DNA of 64,000 bases, taken from contig CAZBVG010000004.1 in NCBI GenBank assembly GCA_964495425.1, positions 63,633 through 127,632 on the forward strand. The letters are read 5' to 3'. The notes under the pieces are model-generated. The model had not been told where the DNA came from. It searched no databases and saw only the letters and a list, made by a program, of their open reading frames with translations. How positions within the stretch are numbered: the stretch's first letter is position 1; the number at the start of each line of letters is the position of its first letter. This stretch comes from an uncultured Candidatus Saccharibacteria bacterium. GTDB taxonomy: Bacteria > Patescibacteriota > Minisyncoccia > Phycocordibacterales > UBA6065. This document shows, in pieces, positions 9,334-19,035 of this stretch. A program made the position numbers and the translations under genes.

Positions 9334-10301
9334 TGAAATATTGTTACGCTCGCTTGCCCTCCTTGCAATATTCTTTCATTGTGCTGAACATTAAGCTCAA
9401 TCACTGCTTGACCCCCCTCTGCCCCACGTATCGTGATTTCGTTTTTATTTGAAAAGTTTGTATTCCTTACCCCATTTACGAGCCAGTCAAGCGAAATCGA
9501 CGGTGAATTTATCTTTGAAATTGAGAAATCAAAAGGCACTGCTCGAAGAGTGAGTTCCTCTTGGTTTAAATTGATATTATTTGGAATCACGTGCTCGTAA
9601 ATAACACCAATGAGAGGATTGTTTTCATAGAATAAAATTTCTGGTGTGCTGGGAGTTATAGTTATTGCTTTTGATCCGCTCATATCGTCATTTTGATTTG
9701 AAACCACAACAGAGATTTCATCTTCGCCGCGTACGTAGCTCTCTTGCATTCCAGAATAGGAATCTTTTCCGTAACCAGACTGATCTTGAACAGCGCTCCC
9801 GTTTTTCTTCCAAATATAAATTAGTGTTTTCGGGTCGAGTCTTTTCCCTGTTGAATTATAAAATTCAGGTATTGCAGTCACTTTAAATTTTGTACCGTAA
9901 GCTTCAAGAGCTCTTCCTTTATAAAAAGGTGGTGTATATCCGTCTGATTCCCAGAGTAAGGTTATGTCTACAGGGTTAAATGACGTTTGCCTTGTGATTG
10001 TTCCAAAGGAACCAGAAATAGTTGCTGAGACACGCGTAATCAAACCCGCTTTACCTGTAGGAACCTCAATTGAGGTTATGCCCTTCCCCTTTTTAAAAAC
10101 CTTACCATTGACGGTCCATGTTATGGTTGCAGAGTCAATATCGGTACCGATTGCAGAAATTTTAACAACGACAGTTGCATTGGGTCGTGGTGATTGCGGG
10201 TTAAGTTGCAAGACGACATCAGTATTCTGCGCATACGCGGTCAAAAAAACGAAACTCGATAGAAAGAGAACAAAAAAAGTACGTTGTAACAAGCGAAACA
10301 T
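9330..10301 (-). CDS. Secreted Ig/PKD-like beta-sandwich protein
   Basis: Signal peptide; repeated W.VNG/WKKNG modules; LLWESDGYTPPFYKGR. Confidence 0.7.
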   Translation of the reverse strand: MFRLLQRTFFVLFLSSFVFLTAYAQNTDVVLQLNPQSPRPNATVVVKISAIGTDIDSATITWTVNGKVFKKGKGITSIEVPTGKAGLITRVSATISGSFGTITRQTSFNPVDITLLWESDGYTPPFYKGRALEAYGTKFKVTAIPEFYNSTGKRLDPKTLIYIWKKNGSAVQDQSGYGKDSYSGMQESYVRGEDEISVVVSNQNDDMSGSKAITITPSTPEILFYENNPLIGVIYEHVIPNNINLNQEELTLRAVPFDFSISKINSPSISLDWLVNGVRNTNFSNKNEITIRGAEGGQAVIELNVQHNERILQGGQASVTIFQ

Positions 10302-10361
10302 ACGGTTATTCTAGCATAAAAAATGCCCTGAAATCGCAAAGCGCCTGTTAATAAACATCGT

Positions 10362-12167
10362 TTAGAGTTGTTGGTTCTTTTTTGCCTCTTTTATAGCCAA
10401 TATTTGCGATGGATCTGAGGTGATAATCTGGTCTTCAGTGTAGGAAGCGATGATTTTAATAGCCACATGCTTCAATCCTACGAAGAAGATACCCTCACCC
10501 ACGTCTGATTCCAACAAGAGATACTTTTCCTCATCGGTAAGGTTAAAGACTTGTTGTAGCCTATCGATCGATGATGGGGACTGTTTTAGAAGGATTTGTA
10601 TAGAAGAGTTGGTAATAATCGGTGTTCCATAAGGAGATTTGAGGAAGTCGTCCACGTCCTGGGTAATAGTTGCCACTCCAAGGAAGTATTTTCGGCCTCG
10701 TTTTGCCAAACCAAGAAGGAATGAGGCGGTATCCTCGGATTTCATCATCCACCATGCCTCGTCGATCACAAGGAGACGCTTTTTGAGGTTTTTACGGATA
10801 GCGTTCCAGATATAGTGGGTCACAATATACATTGCCACTGGTTTAAGCTCTTCTTCCATGTCTCGAAGAGAGAAGACGATGAATTTCGCGCCGATATCTA
10901 CGTTTGTTGGCTGATTTATGAAGCCAGACCAGGTTCCTTTGGTGTACTTGGTAAGTCTTTGAACAAGTGACTCCCCTCCTTCCATACCCGCAAGTACCAA
11001 TTCAAAGTCCGAAAGAAGTGGTGGTTGAATGTTTTTGAAGTCAGAATCAGGTGTGATGTCTTTGAGAGCGTAAGTTTCAGTAATTGCCTTGTCGATAAGC
11101 GCATCTTCTTCAGGTGTGAGACCCCCCATCATGATTCTAAAGAGACCTACAAGGTTAATGATGTTTGATCGAAGCACATCTGCGCCAGATTCGTCCTCGC
11201 GCGGTACCGGAAGATCAAATGGGTTGATGTGATGCTCAGAGTTAAGTGAGATATTGAAGTATTTTCCACCAGTTGCCTCTGCAAGGAACTCATATTCCCT
11301 CTCTGGGTCGATAACAATCACATCTGTATCGAACATGAGTGTTCGAAGGATTTCGAGTTTCGTTGTGTATGACTTACCAGCACCAGACTTTGCAAAGGTA
11401 ATTGAATTGTAGTTTTCAAGGGAGAATCGATCGAAAAGTACAAGAGATGAATTGTGTCGGTTAATACCGTACAAAATTCCCTTATCCGACGTGAGGTCGA
11501 ATGAAATAAATGGGAATAGTGAAGAAAGTGGTGATGAGTTGAGCTTTGAATGCACCAAAAGTTCATCGGTTGCAGTTGGTAAGTTTGATTTATAGCCTTG
11601 TTCCTGTTGGAAAAGTGCCGGTTTTACATATACGAGCTTTGATTCAAGGATTGATTTGATTTCAGACTCAGTTTTGTCGAGTTCTGCCTCTGAATCGCCA
11701 TAAATAGAGATATATACACCCACATCAAAGAGTTTTTCTTGCGCCTGCTGGAGCTGATCTCGGAGGTTTTCAAGGTCTTGATATGCCGTATCAAGCATTG
11801 GATCGCGTACAAGCCCCTTCTGTTCCCTGATGGCAATCTGGCTTTGCACCTCAGCAACCTTTTTCTGGAATTGGCGAAGCACTTTGGCGGTTTCAACAGG
11901 GTGAACAAAGATAGAAATATTGAAAACCTTGTCGAGGTTAATGATTGGGGCAAACCAGCTTTCACCAAGGAAGCGTGGATATGAAATAACAAAGAAGCTG
12001 CGAACGATTTTGTCACCAAGATTGAGTTCTCGAGGAGAAACCTTCAAGGCCGATGGCGCAATGACATCCTTCAATTCCAAAACTCCCGCTTCGTATATTT
12101 CCTGTGGAAGAATTGGGGCGATTCTTGTACTGTCGTCTTTCTTTTTAAGAAAATCAAAGATTCCCAT
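10362..12167 (-). CDS. virB4: VirB4/TraC-like ATPase
   Basis: Walker A AKSGAGKS, VIDPEREY, INPFD, Walker B VIDEAW, KRGRKY, ITQD. Confidence 0.9.
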   Translation of the reverse strand: MGIFDFLKKKDDSTRIAPILPQEIYEAGVLELKDVIAPSALKVSPRELNLGDKIVRSFFVISYPRFLGESWFAPIINLDKVFNISIFVHPVETAKVLRQFQKKVAEVQSQIAIREQKGLVRDPMLDTAYQDLENLRDQLQQAQEKLFDVGVYISIYGDSEAELDKTESEIKSILESKLVYVKPALFQQEQGYKSNLPTATDELLVHSKLNSSPLSSLFPFISFDLTSDKGILYGINRHNSSLVLFDRFSLENYNSITFAKSGAGKSYTTKLEILRTLMFDTDVIVIDPEREYEFLAEATGGKYFNISLNSEHHINPFDLPVPREDESGADVLRSNIINLVGLFRIMMGGLTPEEDALIDKAITETYALKDITPDSDFKNIQPPLLSDFELVLAGMEGGESLVQRLTKYTKGTWSGFINQPTNVDIGAKFIVFSLRDMEEELKPVAMYIVTHYIWNAIRKNLKKRLLVIDEAWWMMKSEDTASFLLGLAKRGRKYFLGVATITQDVDDFLKSPYGTPIITNSSIQILLKQSPSSIDRLQQVFNLTDEEKYLLLESDVGEGIFFVGLKHVAIKIIASYTEDQIITSDPSQILAIKEAKKNQQL

Positions 12168-12171
12168 ATGA

Positions 12172-12807
12172 TTATTTTAGTGCAATCGGCTTTTCGGTGT
12201 CCCCAGGATTGAATATCTTATAAAAAAGTTCGACGATTTCCTCGGTCCCAAGCTCTACTGTTCGGATACCGCATCGCACCAAACCTTGCGTGACCACACT
12301 CATTCTTTGTTCCAATTGACTGCGACGCTCTTCAAAATCTGCGGCTTTTTTTTCAGCACTCTCAGCAGCGTCTTTTTTCTTTCCCAAAAGATCAGCCACT
12401 CCCCCTTTATTGAGAAGTGCTGGTGAATATGGCACCACAACGAAGAATGTTTTCGTCATGATGTTTGAATTTTCTGTGAAATTCTTGATGAATTGAATAT
12501 ATTCCCGTGTCTGAATTTTCAAAAGATCGCTCATTTGCTCTTTGAGTCGGTTTTCAAGCAAAGCGATATAGGGGCGGATATCAAGCCGACGTGACTGAAT
12601 AAAGATCTGTACTGAAAAGTCGAGTGAATTGAGAAAATTTTGGAACTGAAGAAGGATGGATTGCTGTTCGTCAGCTGATTTAAGAGCAAAGTTAAGAGAT
12701 GAGGCCATAATAATGCCACGTAGCGAATCATCCTTGAGGATTACGATCCCTTGCTTTATTTCCTTGATTGGAACGAACTCTTGAGTGGTTTTAGCGTTTA
12801 CTGCCAT
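12172..12807 (-). CDS. TraC-like accessory protein of the PrgI-VirB4 module
   Basis: SSLNFALKSADEQ...FLNSLDFSVQI pattern; lies between prgI and virB4. Confidence 0.75.
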   Translation of the reverse strand: MAVNAKTTQEFVPIKEIKQGIVILKDDSLRGIIMASSLNFALKSADEQQSILLQFQNFLNSLDFSVQIFIQSRRLDIRPYIALLENRLKEQMSDLLKIQTREYIQFIKNFTENSNIMTKTFFVVVPYSPALLNKGGVADLLGKKKDAAESAEKKAADFEERRSQLEQRMSVVTQGLVRCGIRTVELGTEEIVELFYKIFNPGDTEKPIALK

Positions 12808-12844
12808 GCAAATAAATTATGGGTACAGTATATCGTACTTTTTT

Positions 12845-13285
12845 CTAGAACGTTTTCTTCCCCTGCTCATTCTGTGCCGGGGTCTGGCTTTGTTTGATAT
12901 CAAGTGACCAGGTGAGATCTTTAAGCTTGCTGTCAGAGAGCTTTGGGACATAAAAGCTTGATGTTGGGTCATTTTCCTCACCCGGCTTTGGAGTTATTGG
13001 TTTTTCCACCTTCTTCCAAAGGTATAGTTTGCTCTTTGTATAGTAGTTAAATGCCGATTCTATGACATTTATGAAGGGCTTGTTGTTTACTTTGTAGAAT
13101 GAAAGGACAAAGGTGAAAGCAATTACTGGTAAGATAAAAATGAGGCTTATAAAGAGGTTTTTTATAATTGCGTAGAATATAAATGATATTCCCGCTCCAC
13201 TCAAAAGATAGATGAACTGCTTGATAGTAAGTGGTCCAAAAATTTTATCTTCTACTTCAATGAATTGAGGAACTTGAAATCTCAT
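12845..13285 (-). CDS. prgI: PrgI family (VirB3-like) membrane protein
   Basis: FQVPQFIEVEDKIFGPLTIKQF followed by two TMs. Confidence 0.88.
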   Translation of the reverse strand: MRFQVPQFIEVEDKIFGPLTIKQFIYLLSGAGISFIFYAIIKNLFISLIFILPVIAFTFVLSFYKVNNKPFINVIESAFNYYTKSKLYLWKKVEKPITPKPGEENDPTSSFYVPKLSDSKLKDLTWSLDIKQSQTPAQNEQGKKTF

Positions 13286-13302
13286 AGGTTAAGTATAACT
13301 CA

Positions 13303-13337
13303 AAACAAAATCCACCTAAATAGGGTGGATTTTGTTT
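13303..13337 (-). terminator. Intrinsic terminator inside the T4SS-like cluster
   Basis: AAACAAAATCCACC-taaatag-GGTGGATTTTGTTT. Confidence 0.8.
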
Positions 13338-14052
13338 AGAGCGCGGGCTCTCGGTACGGGTCGCTTGAAGATTTTTGCGGAGGTTTTTGTTCCTGGGGAT
13401 TTTCTATCAAATTTGTTCTTTGCGCCGGAAGATTTGTGGGTTGAGCTAGTTTACTTGTAAGGAAATCCTGAGCAATTCGGTTCTTTGTGACTTCCCAAGG
13501 CTTATCTGGACCACGCTTCAACCTATCTAGATCGGGCTGTGGGACAGGCAGGATAGGTTTTACTGGTTCTGGATTTTCGATTTCAGTAAGAACTTTGCGT
13601 GGGGTCGGCATTATAACTGCTCTATTTTGTGTTGGGGTCGGTGTTGGTTGAGTTGCGGGCGTCGGTCGTGCGGGAATGTAGTTCGATGGGGGTTTAGGCG
13701 CAACAGGCACAGACTTTGGTGTTATTGGATTGCTTTCGGTATTACCTTTAATCACAAGAGCTCTATAAGCAACAAATATTTTTTCATTCACCTCTTTCAT
13801 AATAGATTCAAGGGTGTTTGGATCAAGCGAGAGTTCAACCGCAAGCGAGGATTTAACGTCAGAAGTTTTTATGAGGCCAATCAAAGTCGCAAACAGGATA
13901 TCTCCAAGCGCTCCGATTTTATCTATATGAAGATTATACTTCTTCCCTATTGTGTTATAGCTATCAGTAAAGGTATCAGAAGCAAGATAATCCTTCTGTT
14001 CATCTGATAATCGTTTATATGCCTCAAGTTTTTGTTCTTTTGGGATGTTCAT
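13336..14052 (-). CDS. Cytoplasmic protein: helical N-domain, Pro-rich linker, C-terminal DPYREP motif
   Basis: Tightly packed after the VirB6-like gene; low-complexity P/T region. Confidence 0.75.
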   Translation of the reverse strand: MNIPKEQKLEAYKRLSDEQKDYLASDTFTDSYNTIGKKYNLHIDKIGALGDILFATLIGLIKTSDVKSSLAVELSLDPNTLESIMKEVNEKIFVAYRALVIKGNTESNPITPKSVPVAPKPPSNYIPARPTPATQPTPTPTQNRAVIMPTPRKVLTEIENPEPVKPILPVPQPDLDRLKRGPDKPWEVTKNRIAQDFLTSKLAQPTNLPAQRTNLIENPQEQKPPQKSSSDPYREPAL

Positions 14053-14054
14053 AT

Positions 14055-16475
14055 TTAGAAGCTCTCACCTACTGGATTATCGGTGAACCATTTATTAACC
14101 TTTTTCACGTTAGCGTCAGCATTAGGTGTAAGTGCACCATAAACTCCCCTGGCCGCATCGGCAAAACGCTTTTTAATTGCTGCTCGTTGGGTGCTATCTA
14201 ACTCGTCTATTGCCTTAGAGAGAGTCTTAGGTGTCATACGAATCGAAACTTCAAAATTGTCTAACCTGTCTTTCCACCCCAATTTCGCAATTTCATTTTC
14301 TTCTAACTTATCAAGTTCCATTTCAATGGTTGGTCCGTTAGTGCGTAGTATTGCAGCATCAAGATCCTGGTATCGAGTCTTCTTCATATCTGCCTTTATG
14401 ACGCCAGGAAGCTTCTTATTCTTCATGAGCTTATCGAACTTGTCATAATCCATGATCTTAGGATTGATGAAGTCATATGATCGAAGGTCGCCTGGAGAAA
14501 GATTCTGAAGTTCCTCGTCAGAGTGATTCCTAATAGCCTTTTTGATCTCATCAGTATTCTTGCTTTTGAGCGCAAGATTAACATCAGAGAGACGTGTTGC
14601 CCAGATTTTTTGTTTACCCGCATCGCTTTCCTGCTTATCAGCAAGATGGTCGACCTGACTCTGAGAGATGGTCTGAAGAAAGACTTCGTTCCCCAGGATT
14701 TTTTTATCAAGTTTCTCAAGTTCTTTGTTACCGAGTTTCTGAGCTTGGTCTGCAATTCTAAGCTTTGCCGCCTGAACTTTAGCATCACCATTAAAGCTTT
14801 GAAGTGCTGATGAATAATCTGCTTGTGCAGAAGCCAGCGCTGCAGCTGTTCCTGTTCCGTTTTTAAGTGCTGTAGATGCATTGTCCATAGCAAGCTTTTT
14901 CGTAATAAGATCTAAATCCTCAGCAGCTTTTTTGAGGTCGCCTTCGATGTCCTTAAGAATATTTTCATCTGCTTCGGCAATTTTGCGTTCTTCCGCCCAC
15001 GCCGCAGTCTGTGCCCCAAGCTCCTTTTTATCCCAGGCTTTTGCATCAATCTTAGCGTCGGTTGTGCTACTAAGTGAACCGCTTAAGAGTGAGCCAACAT
15101 TGGTCTTGTCGGTACCAATATTTCGTATATCAAGAGTACCCGATTTAAGTGTTTTTTGTGCGGCATCCATTGCTTTGCGTGGATCCTTTATGTATTTACC
15201 AATTTTTGATGTGGTTAGAATTGGAGGTAGGTTCTCGATAGCCGCCTTTTTAAATGCTGCACCCTTCGCCCCATTCTGCGCAGCTGCGGCCGCAAGACCT
15301 CCTCGCGCTAGAACTCGAGTTCCCATTGCAACACCACCTATTCCAAGCGTCGTTACTGCTGTTACAGCGAGTTTGCCTAAGCTGTCTGCAATTCCGCCAA
15401 GAGTCTTACCCATTTCCCCGCTATTTTCTTTTGCAATTTTAAGTACAGTACGAAGGAGGAAGATGACTAAGAAATATTGGAAAAATTGAGCTACTGTGAA
15501 ATTACTGATAAGTGCAATAGAGTTGGTCTTTGCATCAAAAAGTTTTCCACCCAAGTTTCCTAGGCTATTTATAAATTGAAGTGCTATGTAAAGCATCAAG
15601 AGAGTCGCAAGAGGAAAAACCGCTGCTGATAACAGCTCCTCTTTCCAATCTCCAGCATGCTTTTTTAACTGAGGCAATACGCCACCCATAAATCCCAGGG
15701 GCGAAAATACCAATAGAAAAAGTATCGTTATGCTTCTCGAAATAAAAAGAATCGCACAATATAAGAAGATGTAGGATGTCGTGCATACAATTATGAGTCG
15801 CAACATGACACCAATGAAACCCTTTGTGCCATCAGTTACCTGTTCCACATAATCTTGTGCATTAGCTGCGTTAGCATTCGTGGTTGCAGACCAAAATCCT
15901 ATAATACCGAGTCGTGTTGCAATGAGTCCGCTAAGACTTACAGGGCTTGATCGGTCGCTACTGTTGCTTACAAGGGTGTTTTGAACACCTTGATAGAGCC
16001 AGTTACCAAAAATGTTACTTACATCAACAACAGCTTTTGTGATGAAGAGGCTGAAGTTAATAAGAATTGCGGCAATGATCACGTTCTTAAGCATGTTCAT
16101 TGTGCCAAAACGCGTGCCATTAATGATTGTTCCTAGGCTAATCCATATGAGGATAAATATAAAGAATATATTTGCTATGTCGCGAATAATCACCCACCCA
16201 AGATTAATTGCCGGTGAAAGGCTAAATATATATGCGGTATTGATACTGAACTGGATCGCAATATCCATTATCAATCCACATAAATACATTATGCCCGCCG
16301 CAAGGGGGAGTATATAAAGCTCAAAAGGGAGCATGATGAGCCTTTGTATGGTGCCAAGGGCAATACCATCAAGGCTAAACCATCCAGCGTGGGCATGGTG
16401 AGGGATTATAAAAAGCGCAACAACAAGACTGAGGATAGAAGTGATTGCGGCAGGTTTTGTAAAGAAACGCTTCAT
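14055..16475 (-). CDS. VirB6/TrbL-like polytopic membrane protein with long helical tail
   Basis: GWVIIRDIANIFFI, LINFSLFITK, R.I.ILFLLVFSPLGF; multiple TMs. Confidence 0.75.
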   Translation of the reverse strand: MKRFFTKPAAITSILSLVVALFIIPHHAHAGWFSLDGIALGTIQRLIMLPFELYILPLAAGIMYLCGLIMDIAIQFSINTAYIFSLSPAINLGWVIIRDIANIFFIFILIWISLGTIINGTRFGTMNMLKNVIIAAILINFSLFITKAVVDVSNIFGNWLYQGVQNTLVSNSSDRSSPVSLSGLIATRLGIIGFWSATTNANAANAQDYVEQVTDGTKGFIGVMLRLIIVCTTSYIFLYCAILFISRSITILFLLVFSPLGFMGGVLPQLKKHAGDWKEELLSAAVFPLATLLMLYIALQFINSLGNLGGKLFDAKTNSIALISNFTVAQFFQYFLVIFLLRTVLKIAKENSGEMGKTLGGIADSLGKLAVTAVTTLGIGGVAMGTRVLARGGLAAAAAQNGAKGAAFKKAAIENLPPILTTSKIGKYIKDPRKAMDAAQKTLKSGTLDIRNIGTDKTNVGSLLSGSLSSTTDAKIDAKAWDKKELGAQTAAWAEERKIAEADENILKDIEGDLKKAAEDLDLITKKLAMDNASTALKNGTGTAAALASAQADYSSALQSFNGDAKVQAAKLRIADQAQKLGNKELEKLDKKILGNEVFLQTISQSQVDHLADKQESDAGKQKIWATRLSDVNLALKSKNTDEIKKAIRNHSDEELQNLSPGDLRSYDFINPKIMDYDKFDKLMKNKKLPGVIKADMKKTRYQDLDAAILRTNGPTIEMELDKLEENEIAKLGWKDRLDNFEVSIRMTPKTLSKAIDELDSTQRAAIKKRFADAARGVYGALTPNADANVKKVNKWFTDNPVGESF

Positions 16476-16479
16476 ATAT

Positions 16480-18054
16480 TTATTGGACGGTTATGTAGTG
16501 ATCTTTAAGTCCAAGCGTGTTTCCTTGAACGTCATACACAACAGTTTGGAATGCGTAATTTCCAGGAACCCCTCCAGGCTTCTTGGTCGCGGTAATTCTC
16601 ACGGTAAAAGGTTTACCACTGTCCGTCCAAATATCACTCCACCCTACTGTCGCTTGTGGGTTTGAGGTAATCGGGAATGTGCTCGAGGTTCCATCGGCTC
16701 GGACGAATTCAATATTTATATTAGAAAATGCTACAGAGAATGGAACATCTGCCATAGTACTTGCATTCTTGAATGCTGTTCGCATGAGAAGGCCATCGGT
16801 TCGATAATTAGTTGCCAATTCCGCTTCGTAGAAAAGGGTGCTTGCAGCACTAACAAATGTTGAGTTGCCTGGATTAAGTGTTAGATCGAGCGTCTGTGTC
16901 CCGGTAGGCCCACCTACTGTTGGTGAATTACCCGACGGTCCGCCAGCGCCACCAGCCTCTACAGGAGGTGGGTTACTGAGGGCTGAATTAAAGTCGCTAG
17001 CACCAGTAGCAAGACCGGTTTTCAAGGCGCCACCAAGTGTTCCCTCGTCTCCTGTTATTACGGTAGGCTGGGCCGAGGCGTTGTAATCAGATGGTTGAAC
17101 GACAGTTTTTCGTTTTCCTCGGTTACCACCAAGAAGTCCAAATGAATTGTTCATGATTTGCTTTACAAGTTGATTTGTCAGCGCATCGTAAACAGCATTG
17201 ATGTCATTTGCGAGACCTATCTGTTGAAGATCAACATTTAGAGTTGCACTTAAACGATCTTGAATAATAATTCCTGGAGTTTCGATAGTACATGTTTCTT
17301 TTCCGGTAGCATCTTTTTCACAGAATTTCCAATTTTTGAAACCGTTACCCCAATCAAGATACTTTTCCTCTATAGCCTGGGCATCAATGATTCTTCGTGA
17401 TAACTCATCCTGCGCAATCATATATGCGCCGTAGGCATTATTTTTTGGGACGGTTGTGACTTGTAACCAGTTGTCCCATCCCCCACTATTATCTCCAGCA
17501 ACAAATCCTGTCACATTATCTATAACCTTGGTTAGCGTACACGAGGCCCGTTTGTTGTAGGGTAATCGGCTTTGTGCCAAAGCTATTCTGAGTTTGAAAG
17601 AAAATTGTGAGCACAAAAAGGGCGCTTCTTTTGCTATGAAGTCACCTATAACCTGATCCGCGGTGTCTTTGAGTAGCCCTTCAAAATTCACCTCAAATCC
17701 TGGATTTCCTTGGAAACCGTTGTTTATCCAGGCAACCGTATCCATTGTCATTTTATTAAGAAGAGCCTTTGCCATTTTTACGACAAGAGGTTTGAAAATA
17801 CAGTCAGAAACAAAGCTTCCGGCAGAGCTTAATTTTGTGGTCGAGTCGTTTGAGGTAGCGACGCGAGTCATTTCATCGGTTGCAGCGCTAAAACCAAGCG
17901 CGGCAGCAACTTGTGAAAGACATGACGCCTGCGCTGCAGACTTTTTAGGGTATAAAAAGAAACCGCTCGGTATTAGAAGAGTGAGGATGAGGACAGAAAG
18001 GACTGTTTTTTTGCAAAAACGAGAAATCATGTATCTCGAAAAGATAGAGGTCAA
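16480..18054 (-). CDS. Secreted Cys-containing hypothetical protein of the cluster (start may be 18030)
   Basis: Signal peptide; WINNGFQGNP, GGWDNW, NNAYGAY, C..TPG motifs; Gly/Pro linker then beta domain. Confidence 0.75.
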   Translation of the reverse strand: MTSIFSRYMISRFCKKTVLSVLILTLLIPSGFFLYPKKSAAQASCLSQVAAALGFSAATDEMTRVATSNDSTTKLSSAGSFVSDCIFKPLVVKMAKALLNKMTMDTVAWINNGFQGNPGFEVNFEGLLKDTADQVIGDFIAKEAPFLCSQFSFKLRIALAQSRLPYNKRASCTLTKVIDNVTGFVAGDNSGGWDNWLQVTTVPKNNAYGAYMIAQDELSRRIIDAQAIEEKYLDWGNGFKNWKFCEKDATGKETCTIETPGIIIQDRLSATLNVDLQQIGLANDINAVYDALTNQLVKQIMNNSFGLLGGNRGKRKTVVQPSDYNASAQPTVITGDEGTLGGALKTGLATGASDFNSALSNPPPVEAGGAGGPSGNSPTVGGPTGTQTLDLTLNPGNSTFVSAASTLFYEAELATNYRTDGLLMRTAFKNASTMADVPFSVAFSNINIEFVRADGTSSTFPITSNPQATVGWSDIWTDSGKPFTVRITATKKPGGVPGNYAFQTVVYDVQGNTLGLKDHYITVQ

Positions 18055-18066
18055 GATAATTATACA

Positions 18067-18975
18067 CTACTTTAGAAAGAGGTATCCACTTTCAAATGAG
18101 GAAAACTCCACGTTTCTATTTTTAAGGTGGCTTGATATCACTCGGAGCGCTGGATCTATAGATTTTATACCGTCTTCATAACTTAACATGAGTCGAGCTG
18201 CTCCGATTGGGTCTGAGTCTATGTATGTCATGCCCTTAATGCCCTCAATTATCGCAGAAAGTGAGTTGAGAAATGCGAGGTGGGCATCGACAAGGTTCTT
18301 TGGGACAGCTATTTGAGACGCGATTTTACGTGCCTCGGTATAGCGAGCGATATTTTGAGGTAATTTTTCGAGATATGAAGCATCGTCTGTCTCATACACA
18401 TGATTTACAATAGCGATTTCACTTTCGTATCCAACTGGGGCAGGTCTACTTATTGCTGAGGCCATCTCATTGGCATATTTTTTCAATTCTGACGGTAAAT
18501 CAGTATCTAAGACAATAATATCTGTAATTGTATAGATTTTTTCTCCCTCAGGGCCACCATAATCCTTAGTTAGAAGCTCGTTCACGAAGCGAATGGTGGT
18601 GTTTTCGTCTATTACCCCACCCTTATTCTTGAAATCTACATATTTTTCAAGAAGTTCTCTTGAAAAGCGGTCTGTTGCAGTAATCGGGGCCGTTTCAGCA
18701 TCACTTTTTTCATAAGCATCCTTTAATTCTGCGATTTTGTCGTCAGTGGTAGATGTACTACTCACAGCTAAAAGGGCCTCTTCCCAACCAGACGTGTCAA
18801 TTTGGCCATTTTGCAAGGCCTTTTTAATGCTTTCTTGTGCGATAAGGTCGATTTTCGCTCTAACTGAATTACTAGACTTCTCGGTTGCCTTTTTGAGATA
18901 AATTCCTCCCCCAATAATTACAACAGCTGCTATAAGTGAAAGGCCGATACTTGAAAAGAGAAATTTTCGAATCAT
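18067..18975 (-). CDS. Single-TM helical hypothetical protein
   Basis: N-terminal TM; T.TDRFSRE and VPK.LVDAHL.FLNS motifs; TATACT 6 nt upstream of ATG. Confidence 0.75.
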   Translation of the reverse strand: MIRKFLFSSIGLSLIAAVVIIGGGIYLKKATEKSSNSVRAKIDLIAQESIKKALQNGQIDTSGWEEALLAVSSTSTTDDKIAELKDAYEKSDAETAPITATDRFSRELLEKYVDFKNKGGVIDENTTIRFVNELLTKDYGGPEGEKIYTITDIIVLDTDLPSELKKYANEMASAISRPAPVGYESEIAIVNHVYETDDASYLEKLPQNIARYTEARKIASQIAVPKNLVDAHLAFLNSLSAIIEGIKGMTYIDSDPIGAARLMLSYEDGIKSIDPALRVISSHLKNRNVEFSSFESGYLFLK

Positions 18976-19035
18976 ATGAAAAGTATATCAGGCTCTTACT
19001 ACGCTTCATAGAGAGAATGGTGCTATAATTTACAG

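Noticed and set aside
14881-15489. Long antisense ORFs (also 17663-18181, 31633-32232, 43858-44430, 57174-57665 and other short track ORFs)
   Set aside because: Shadow or alternate-frame ORFs overlapping well-supported genes, with no recognisable motifs
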